Origin: Rhizodiscina lignyota | Taxonomy: Eukaryota | Assembly (NCBI GenBank): GCA_010015805.1 | Contig: ML978126.1 | Location: forward strand, 1,550,001 to 1,614,000 | Direction of reading: 5' to 3' | DNA: 64,000 nucleotides | Shown: positions 51,018 to 61,287 of the stretch, one piece after another | Position numbering within the stretch: position 1 is the stretch's first letter | How the letters are laid out: each line of letters opens with the position of its first letter | Position numbers and translations under genes: made by a program | Notes under the pieces: generated by a model | What the model was told of the DNA's origin: nothing | Seen by the model: only the letters and a program-made list of their open reading frames with translations | Databases searched by the model: none

Positions 51018-51210
51018 GGCCAGGCGTCAGAAGACGGTAGTGCAAGGTCAACGACACCAGGAGCCTTTAATCCAGCACGTAGCGCTTTCAATGGCTCCGA
51101 AAACAAAAAATTAAGCATAATCTTGATCACGCCGTAGCGTGGTGACAGAGATTAAACTGAAAAGAACGAATTATTCGCTTTCTCAAAGCCAAAAGGCAAT
51201 GAGATCGCTG
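51018..51210 (-). ncRNA. U2: U2 snRNA-like gene, variant B (branch-recognition sequence GAAUAA)
   Basis: Stem I TCTCATTGCCTTTTGGCTTTGAGA; GTTCTTTTCAGTTTAATCTCTG; stem IIb CACGC-TACG-GCGTG; GATTA; Sm site AATTTTTTG; stem III GGAGCC/GGCTCC; loop IV TTGCACTAC; about 192 nt. Confidence 0.85.
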
Positions 51211-51247
51211 GAGAGAAAAAGAAGTCGAAGAGGGGAAGAGGAGGTTG

Positions 51248-51255
51248 TTTTTATA
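51248..51255 (-). promoter_or_regulatory. TATA box of U2-like gene B
   Basis: TATAAAAA about 45 nt upstream of the 5' end, followed by a CT-rich tract; same geometry as gene A. Confidence 0.6.
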
Positions 51256-52461
51256 CCCAGAGACAGAGAGAGCTTGGGCCCAGTGCCAAGAAGGAGCTAT
51301 CCCCTTTGAGGTATGTGCCATGGTCTAGGGTGACGTATTAGATGCGTCGTGAAGAGTCTAGGATTATAGGCAGTGTAGGAGTGTATTTGGCATGTGATAC
51401 AAAGCTACGTGACGTTTAGGCTAATGTTTACCAGGTGTCACTCACGTTTATGTGGGCCCTTTCCATGCTAGAAGTGTATTAAACTCATGGCTTTGCTCTT
51501 TATCTCTGGCTTTCCAGTGGCAAAGACACTCATTGGCTGCTAGGACCCTAAAGTTACTCACTGTCCTACGTGACGTACCTGTTCATGCATCACGGACCCC
51601 TTTTTAACTTTTACAGCCATTCCACGGACATCCAAAAGGTGTTGGGGTTGTCTAGTGCAAAAGAAATAGTTGTCATAATCTCACCAGCTAGGATTTCATT
51701 GGCCAAGCGAGTAGGTACGTGAAGTATGGCCGTTATGTGTCGTCAGATTATGTCAAGTTTTGCGTGATTGTGGAATTAGCTGGAAGATTGGGCGCCCACG
51801 TAGAATATGGGCTCCCCGGAAACCTGTAGGTTAAGACTGGTATCTGTTCGGTAAATAAAGAAACTTCTGGCTGCGTAGAATTCCGTTGGTGTGAACACTT
51901 GTTTGTCTAGTCCTTGGCAGGCTGGAGGGACTACTCGTTTATTGGTTCGAGTGCGCTTTGACCTTAATGAATGCTGGTTGTGTGGTGCTTATCCGCTGTG
52001 GGCAAACTATCACTGTAATCGAACTATTACTGCACGGAGATTGTGTAGTTTGGCGTGCGCATGTAGGCAGAGTATAATGATTGCTCTCTAGTGAGTAATC
52101 AAAATAAACTAATTGAACAGACGCTGTAGTAAAAGCATTACAGGTCCAAAGAATTTATCGTGACAGAGTTTATTGCCAAATAAGCATGCAAGACCATGTT
52201 GTATACATAACCGAACATGGGAACTCCCAGCACGCCATCGCATTGAATCCACAGCCCACTGCTCTAAGAATGCCTCAGAGGATGTCGAGCAATTCCACCC
52301 TCTTCTACAGCCTCCATCCATCCTATGGGACTAATTGAACTACCACAGGCGATTTTAATCTACAGGCTCAGGGACCCAAAACGTCTCAATACCCATCTAG
52401 CAAACCCAGAAGAACCATTTCGTAAGTATCAGCCCCAGAGGGCTTCCAGGTTGATCGTATG

Positions 52462-55400
52462 TTAAGATAAAGATGCATTGCATTCGTCCATATTGCTTCG
52501 TTGTCTACAACTCGTATTGCCCAGGTCTGCGAAAATAGGACCCCAAGAAGCGAAGCTGTCCATGCGCCACCATATCGAAGCACTCCAGTCCGCACCTCGC
52601 GGTTTCATTGCGGTTTGATCGTCCATGCCCCAAAGAACTCTGAGCCTAAAGAGGCTTTCGTTTGTGTTTGGGTTTGGCGCTTTTGCCATCTCCGTGTAGT
52701 TCGTGAACGCAGGGAGGTTCTGGGAGGAAATGTGGATGGGTGTGGATGGCTGGTCGATTTGTTCCGGCCGATTGGGAGGATGTCCATTTGCGAAAGCTAA
52801 GGTGGAATTATTTCGTAAGATTACTTCGGCGTGGCTGGAAACCGTCCAGTTCTCATGCACGCTTGTCTTCTGACATTCTCCACAAGACTAAGATAGTCAG
52901 TTAGCAAGAACATCACGAATAGGGCCAGAAATCTTACTGAATGTAACTCATTGAGGAGCTCTGCTCCTCTGGACAGGCGGCCACGGACACCAGCAACTTG
53001 AGTATCAAGATTCGCTGCATCTATCAAAGGCGAGCGGAAGAAAGAGGAAGAGAAGTCGCTCGGCTGTCGATATATGGGCATCGATTCTTCTTGCCTTATC
53101 GTCGAGACCGTGATGATGGCAGCAGCGTGCTCTTCAATCAGTGATTTGTTCTTTGACTGACTATTGTTATGGTCCCAGCAGAGCGACTGGGCCCAGATAA
53201 ATCGTAATTGCAATCGGAAAGCAATCTCAATTGCTTGCCTTAATAGTGGAGATAGAATGCTCATGCTGCACCATTTCTTCAGACGGAGGCGTTGGATCAA
53301 CCACTCGCTGCAAACTTTGCGGCTTCCACCCAATCCAGTCAGATCCTCCAATGCTGCATATTTCGGTGTGACAGGAGGAGGGCCAATCTCTTTCGGGACA
53401 ACGATTCGAACAGCGAAACCGTGGTTGGCATAAGGTCTGAATTCCAAGAGTAAAGGCGGAAAAGTCTCCGTCGAGTAACCGAACAACTTCGTAAAAGGGG
53501 CTCCCATCCATCGTTTGGTACAGGCAACCTCTCCTTTTGGTGGTATTGCAGATTTTATTTTAATATTCCACCAGAAACATAGTACGTCCGAAGGCAACGC
53601 CACCATTGTATCGAAGTCATCCAATGGATGAAAAACAGTTCGATTGTTGGCAGGTGTTCGCGTTCGAAATGCAGCTTTCACCTTCTTTGGAAGCTGACGG
53701 AGAACGCCGAGTCTTGGCATTAGCGGTGGAGGCACTAGATGCATTGCCCTTGAGAGGCCAGAGACCACCTCTGCAGCCGAAGGACGCAAAGTTGCGTCAA
53801 TGTGAACCATGCGTGAGCAAATGTCAAGCAGGCGTTCACTGAGAAGAGCGGGTGCGCCTCGAACCTTTTTGATTTGATCCTTCACGTACTCTGATACAAA
53901 GCCGAATCTGCCTCTAGTGCCTCCAAGAACATTGGAGGTGGACTGTTGGAGTCTGAGGATTCGCCGAAAGTCGAAAATAGAGGAATGTGTCATGACGATG
54001 ATTAGCTCCAGGAAGACACAGCCAAGTGAGTAGATATCAGACTTCTCTGAACGGTGACTTGAGAGAAATACCTCCGGCGCGGCATATGTTGGAGTCAGAG
54101 TGTTCGAGAAGCGCGTTCCGGACTCGATTTGCTCAGTTGTCGAGGTGCCGAAGTCTGCAAACAAGAAATTGGTCTTTGCAATTAATATATTTGCTGGCTT
54201 GATGTCGTTATGGAGGAGGTTGTTGCTGTGGAGATAAAGCAGTCCCGTTGCGAGCACTATCAAACCACGAACGAGCTGATGTAAATTCACGTCAGGATGT
54301 TTCCACGGGCAGGAGGTAATGATCAAGGTCAAAGTCGGCAACGGGCTCCATTAAAAGGCTGAGATTCCATTCAGAAGCGGCGACGATGCGCACACAACTA
54401 GAATGGTCGACTTGCTTCATGATGTCGGCCTCGTGGCGGAACCGGCGCGCAGCATCTTCATCAGAATCCTGCCGATAGTGATATTTACACGCATACTCCT
54501 GCCCCGTTGGACTGTAAACAACCTTTTCAACTTTCGCAAATGTTCCCTTCCCCAGTTGCCCCCGGCTGAGTAACATCGAGTTCCAGCCGTTGAGATGGAA
54601 AACGAGAGCGCCAACAAGGTCGATGTGCTGCGTAAAGGCGACAACTGTTGCCTTACGCTCTCGGCCTGTTGGCGAGCGATGAGAGGATTTCGATGGGGCG
54701 TGCGAATGGGTCGAATGTGTTGGGTTGGATTGGGAGGACAGCTGGGAGTTAGGACTGCCACTTTTCCGTGTGCTATCTTCTTGAACTGAGACTTTCTGCC
54801 CTTGCGGCGCTTCAATCAAATTCTCTTGAGATTGAGTGCATGTACTGGAGCTCTCTTCTGGCCACCTGTGGTTGTACTGGCTAACATCCTTCGTAATCTC
54901 CGGGAATTCGCCGTCAAAATGTTCCTTGAGGTGCCTCATCCTATCCTCGAAAGACTTGAACCGCGTGCCACCCCAGCCGCAGCGCTTCTCAAAGGTTGTC
55001 TGAAAGGAATATGTAGAAGCATCAACAACAATACCAATGGCATCAGTATTGAGGCGATGTGCTCGTGTTCCTAGATGTGACCTAACTTTGTCTCGTCGAA
55101 AACCGACAAACGGCTTCTCTTCCCCGTTGTCGAGACAAAGCTTACACACCCACACTTCTTGTGGTTGGCGAAGGACTTCATGCCGTATCCACAGATCTTT
55201 TCGTGTGAAGGATCGGCCACAGCCGTAGGTGCAGTGGTACGGTTTCGAGGGGTCCACTTCTTCCGGATGAGGGGTTTTGCAATCGTGCTCGCGGGCCTCT
55301 TCATACTTCTGGCGGACGAAGCGCCAAATCCTAGCCTCATAACTGTCATCTTCGTCAGAGAAGCTAATTGGCGCCTGCTGAGCTGGAGCAGGAGGATTAT

Positions 55401-56135
55401 GTGAAGACGGAGCTCGAGGTTGTTCCAAGCCTGAGAATGCAGACGATTTATTTCCAGGACGGAGTAGTAATGAACTGGTAGATGATTCCGCTTCGTTCTG
55501 TCGGTCTAGTTTCGCTTCTGCTGGCGTGTGCAGCTCGTTGTTTCCAAATTCGTCCGACCTCCACAGTTGAACTTCATCAAAAGAGCATCCCAAACTACTT
55601 GCCAGGCCTCTCAGCTGATTCTCAGAAGGTCGTCCATTATACTTCTCCAAAAAAGGTCGTATAACCCGGAGATCCGCCTCATTTATAGAATATTGCTGAT
55701 GAACTCTTTTGGCTGGAGACTTTCTTTCTGCATCTGCTGATGCCCTCGATCGCTTCGTCCCGCCCTCGACAATATTAGGCGCAAATTCCGGTGGAGTCTG
55801 AGAATTTGGCATTCGAAATGTGCCATTTTGACCCTGTTGAAAGAACGGTCGAAAGTCATTTATATTATTCAGGGATTCGATATTTGGGGAGGAAAAGGGG
55901 TCAATCAACAGATTCTGGCTGTAGAAGCCGCTGTCTCTCGACCGCCACGTGGCGTCGGGGTCACCATTATTGGGCATCTACAAGCAGTCAGTGGTCTGCG
56001 CTCCTCACTATCAGTAAGGGCATTATGGAGTTGGCGTACCAAAGCACTGGTGTGAGCCAACTCATTGTTTTGGTCTTCAGCCTCGTGCATGACTTCAGGC
56101 AACTCGGTGACAGCGAGTCCATTGTCTGCAGGCAA
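52462..56135 (-). pseudogene. Homeodomain-like/C2H2/Ser-Thr kinase/HET-like fusion, copy 1 (frameshift near 54310; true start uncertain)
   Basis: ORF 54292-55977 carries the homeodomain-like segment, C2H2 fingers, GKGTFAKV, YACK and the alphaC Glu. It continues in ORF 52821-54341 (HNDIKPAN, DFG, APE, HET-like). Introns 56039-55978 and 52937-52888 are both phase 0. Confidence 0.75.
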
Positions 56136-57114
56136 GTCTAGTGATTCGTAGCCCTCCCATAACTCGGGGAGAACGAAGGGCCCGTCGCAGGTCCCCTCCC
56201 CGTTCCCTGAAACTCGACGTCGTTACCCATGGCTTATAACCTCTTGCCTTTGGGGGTCGCACGGCGACATGAGACGATAGTCAGGAGAGAAGAGTTGTCG
56301 TTCCATCGTGGACACGCGGTGCGCGCTCATTTTGCTCGAGTCGAGGGCGAAGGGCGACAGAGCCTCCTCCACCACCCTGCCCAGCTGTGACACCCGGCCA
56401 TCTCCGCCCCTCGTCGTGGTGAGGCGCAATTGGTGGATTGCTGGACGATAAAGGGTCGTATACGAGGAGGCCACACGCTCTATGCGTTGGTTCGGAGCAT
56501 GCTGAAGCCTGGAAAGGATGAAATCAAGACGTTTCACGATGCGGATACGTCAGACGTGAGGATGGGCGGCGGCGGGCCATGGCCTATGGGGATATCCCTG
56601 CGTCGGTGTGGCGTCGACTGGGGAGATGCGGATGGAACAAATGAACCGAAGTTTAACCGGCTGCCAACTTGCTGCGGCAGCAGTATATCAGTCTAACAAG
56701 TCGAGTTACCGCCTGCCCAAATCACAATGCAGCGAAGGCTTTTGGTGCATCAAGCTATTCCGTAATTGTTCTTGCAATTGTAATGTCGAGTTTCATTGCG
56801 ATATAGACCGAAGATATAGACTGAACGGAGTGGTTATCAGAAGGCCGCCGGCATCAAATAGAAAGTAATTCATCAAATCATGATCATATCAAAGAGAAAA
56901 CAGTTCATCATGTCATAAATCGTGAAGCATCCAGTCATGACCCACATCAAACCATGCAAGAACCTAAAGGAAATCATTGACCCCATCATGAGCCTCGTTA
57001 AATCATGCCCACGAATGTCCGAACATCCCCATGCCATAGAACGCAAACTATGCTAGTCCGTAACAATGCATATGCAAAGCCCATAATCATGCATCCAAAG
57101 CGATGCTCGAAGCA

Positions 57115-59830
57115 TCAACCGTCTTTCTTCAGAAGACTCCATGACATGCCATATGCAATATGAGATTTACAGTTGCAAGACAAGAAAAGGTACGGTCGAA
57201 CGGCGTCTCCAAATGAAGATGGCATGCAAATGCTCCAAGCTGTCAAAGAAATTTCGACCAGCAGCGACGACAGTACGGAGTGCTTCATACATCCGCACCT
57301 TAGCGGCGGAATAGATAACGCTGCCCAAGCCCCAGGGTCGGCTTCGCGATGTGGGCAGCGCTGTTCGTTCGGAAAGTCGGAGAAGGTTGTCGCCCATACA
57401 GCGGCGATGGTAAAGCGCAACAGCAACATTTAGGGAGATCGGAGTGCGGCTTGAGGATACGAGACCTCTCGGGATCAACGTCGACCTTCAGCCTCAAAGT
57501 GTTCTGATTACTGTTGCGAGCAGGTCGGACCAGGCGAACGCTGAGGTTGTTGGAAGAGGTAGAGTCGAACTCCAGCAGAATCGAGGGAAGTGATTGTGTA
57601 GATGAGGGAAGACTGGCCCGAGGCCAGCGACGACTATTAAGGTAAGCGCGCCGGTGTCTCCTGGAGCGCAAGATGAAGGGGGAGTCCAATCTAAAACTTT
57701 TATTGGCACGCTGATCGTACAATGCATTCATCGAGGAAATGTCGTCAAGATCTAGCGGAGACGAACCCAGGCTGGTGCGTTCGGGGTGGTCGCGGTGATG
57801 CAGCAAATCGGAAGTGTGAAAATGTTTCCTTGGTAGAAGCGATGTTGTGATGATGCGCATAATCTGAGTCAGAGACACAGTGACTTCAGCTGTAGTTGCA
57901 CGTTGAACAGGAATTGGATTAAGCATGCAGCAGCAGAAATCTGAGAGTCGTCCCGCACTTAGAGAACTCGTGTCGCCGAGCTTTGCCTTTATAGCCAGCA
58001 GCGTCCGGGTTATGAGCTCTGAACGAAGAACAAAGGCTCTGTTGTTGATGCGGTCGCCCCTAAAGGAACGGACTTTATTCGCATTTCGATGGCGCCGCGT
58101 ACGAATTCGCCTCGGTTTAGGCGACGGCCCACGGAGCATAACCAACGCAAGCTCCAAGAAAATGCACCCCAGAGCACAAATATCGCACTTGGTTGTGAGA
58201 TGCAAAAAGTCGGGGGTATCTGGTGCTGCATACATTGATGGCGATGGGCCAGACGTGGTAGTGTTATCGAGGCCGATGTACATTAAGTCCGTTTCATGAA
58301 TGAGGGTGTCAGCAGCTTGAACGTCGTTTTGGACCATATTGAGGTTGTGAAGATATGCAAGACCGCTGGCGATAGCAATGAGTGCGCGGATAAGTTGGCC
58401 GGGCCGAACATTGGGGTAGATGTCGTTCAGGAGTTGTATAATACTAGCATCCATGTTGAAAGGCCGGAGCTTTGTTGTTTGTCGGTGTAAGATCGACTTC
58501 CCAGCATGCATCGACAGGGCCCGTTGATGCGCGACATTTTCTACGCGAGCCGGTGTACCGTACCACAAAGCCTCCATGCTTCTCCATATTTCAGCCGAGA
58601 AGCGCAAGTGCGCCGCAAGACGCAGAAGGAAATCCATCTGAGAAGAGAGCGAATTATAAGTCAGACTAGCCATTCTCTGGTCGACAGTGTTGCTGCCCGG
58701 GCTAGCAGTGATCGAGTTGTTGTGATCGTTCAAGCTTGCGCCAATGTGTCTGCGCGGGCGGCGTCTTGTCCGAGGGGAATATGCATTTTGACGAGGATCA
58801 GAAGCGGTGGCCTGGTGGCCTGGCTTCTTTTTCCCAGCGATTCGATTGCGAGGCTCATAGTTATCAGGCCAGTTGCGACTGTATTGTGCGACATTGATTG
58901 CAGGATAGATGCAGTTGGAGTAATGTTCGAAACGCTTCGAACGGTTCACGAAAGACCTGAACCTGTAGCCACCCTGCCAGCGATGCGACCCAACGGTAAG
59001 CAGGTTTGGGTTGCATTGGGAGAGTGAACCAGTGAAAGCGACATCGAGGTCTTCTTCTTGCAACAAGTGAGCTCTGACTTTCAGGTAATGTTTCGTCTTG
59101 TCTCTTTTGAATGCGATAGGGGGGTCGGATCTCTCGTTCCTTCGGCGGGCAGGGTAAACCCAGATCTGTCGGGGCTGCCGCAGCGTCTTATGCCTTTCCG
59201 AGTTGTCCCTCTTCATCAAGGAGGAACCACTATTCCACATACATGGATGGGTAGTGCCACGCCGGCCATCCTCAGCTGAGTGTGAGCCACTATGGGGTTG
59301 CTGCGCAGGCTGCCGTACAAGCTGTATGGGCGTGAGTCTTGAAATTGGAAACTTGGTCGCTGGGCTCGGTAGGGCCTGCAATGCTCTGGTAGCTCGGTGC
59401 ATGGTAAAGTGGCGGTGAGTGAGAGACCGGTGAGGAATGGATGCCGCTCTGAGACTTTGATTCGCGTTGTCGATTACATCGTTGCCCGAGGGAGAATAAA
59501 TCGGTCGCTCAGCATGAAATGCGCGTCTGAAATCCTCACTCAAAGTCAGACTTCTATCTCCAGAGCAAAATGAGAGTCTCTGGTCCTGAAGGCCAACTTT
59601 GTTCGGGTATCTTTCCATCCAACCGCGCTCACGGGCGACATTCTCCTCTAATAGCTGAGCGCATGTTGCTTGAATAGGATTCTCTTAGTTTGTGGTTCAA
59701 CACTCCCAGGCTCATCCTGGAGCCTCATCACTCTTTCCACTTCGTTGTCTTTTCGTCCCACATGTGAAGCGCCTATGGCAGGCGGCCCCTGAACAGGCAT
59801 CAACGGGCTGGGAACATGTTGAGGGTCCAA
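57115..59830 (-). pseudogene. Same fusion family, copy 2: degenerate zinc fingers and pseudokinase
   Basis: 772-aa ORF is colinear with copy 1 (RHKTLRQPRQIWV, FKRDK, GLAYLH, YAAPD, DICALGCIFLEL, LPSILLEF). The HET-like tail is split across frames. Confidence 0.65.
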
Positions 59831-61287
59831 CTGCAGGGAGAGGTTGAATGTGGTAGGGAGAGTCAGACCTGTCAGGTACGGTCGGAGAATATGTGTGGCT
59901 GGAATGTAGAATGCTCATGACTGCAATAGCCGCTATCGTCATTCCACGTGTCGTGGGTACAGGCCGCGGAGGCTTGATTAATTGTATTGGTCGCCTATTT
60001 CCTTTTAGCATCAATAAGAGTCGCACATGTAGACATGACATACTAGGATAGCTGCATCAATATGCATCCTGCGCTCGACAACGGCGACGCGGTAAGCTCT
60101 GGCTGGAACGTGTCTGGAACAAGCCTGGAAAGGCGGGAGCCCTTCAGGTGACTGGTCGAATAATCCCTCTCTATGGAGTTTCTCTATCCCAAGCCCAATA
60201 ACGTCCAAGACGAGCTATGAACTGAGCGGCTACAGCCCCATTGCGCCATACGGATTCAGCAATATTGATGCTATTCGGGATCGGCTCGGGGGAGACAGGT
60301 CATCGATCCCAAGGCCCCTGTAGGCAACTGCTGCATCGAACCATCATGAAGGGCCAGCAGCACAGGGAGGATGTTCTTCATCCGCGCTTTCCGCCCTTCG
60401 CACAGGGTAACTCAGGGCGGAGGGTGAGTCGTGGGATGCCATCATTGGCTGGCGCGATTCACAGAACGGTTTCTTTGGGTGGACAACGGAGTTCAAGAGA
60501 GTGGGGGTTCCTGCACGTTGGCATGCGTGGAAGCAATCGAAGACGGCCAGCTCGAGAGACAAGCAATTGTAGCCAAATGTCGTGGCGATGCATTTGGATG
60601 GGCATGTGAAGGAGTTGGAGGTTGATGTGGAGTTCCCCAAGGGGATTTTCGGCACCCCCACCCGACGATTTTCCGCCCGTCCTTTTCTGACTCCCACTCC
60701 CGATTTTATCACTCAAATGAGTGATTTAATTACGAGGACATGGTTGCAGTCATCTCTTCTCCTAGAACTGATCTTTATCGTGAGAGCAACCATGCTTCAA
60801 CATGCCTAGGTCTGCACAGAGTTACTGCGTCCTGTGGATCTATCTGTTACCGTCGAGTCTCCGAAGCTGGAGAATCTACATTTTAGGCTCTAAGATCCTA
60901 TTACAAGAATAACTCCGCATAATAGCTCTTCACAGAGAGAAGCGCTATTTGCGATGCAGAAACTAACAAACTATTGGCATGCGGTGTACACTATTAGAGT
61001 ATTGCTATGAGATGTACAGTCTCCAACCTCCTCGTGAATCGCTCAACTCGTCCCACTTTGACTTGATATATAACGACGAGCCTTGAATTGCGTAATCTTT
61101 GTGTGTGATGATAGAAAGACGCTACAGATAACAACAGCTATTCCCTACTAAGCAGCCTGTATCAGCCCCTCCATAATCGGAATGAAGATAACTCATGGTA
61201 TGGAATCGAGCCCATAGAAGTGCTATCATTCACCACACAAGACGCGAACAATGCCTCCGCTTCATTATTCAAAACTCATAACTCGTA

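Noticed and set aside
56870..57110. CAT/CATG-rich low-complexity stretch
   Set aside because: No consistent period or consensus found; probably 3'-UTR-like composition.
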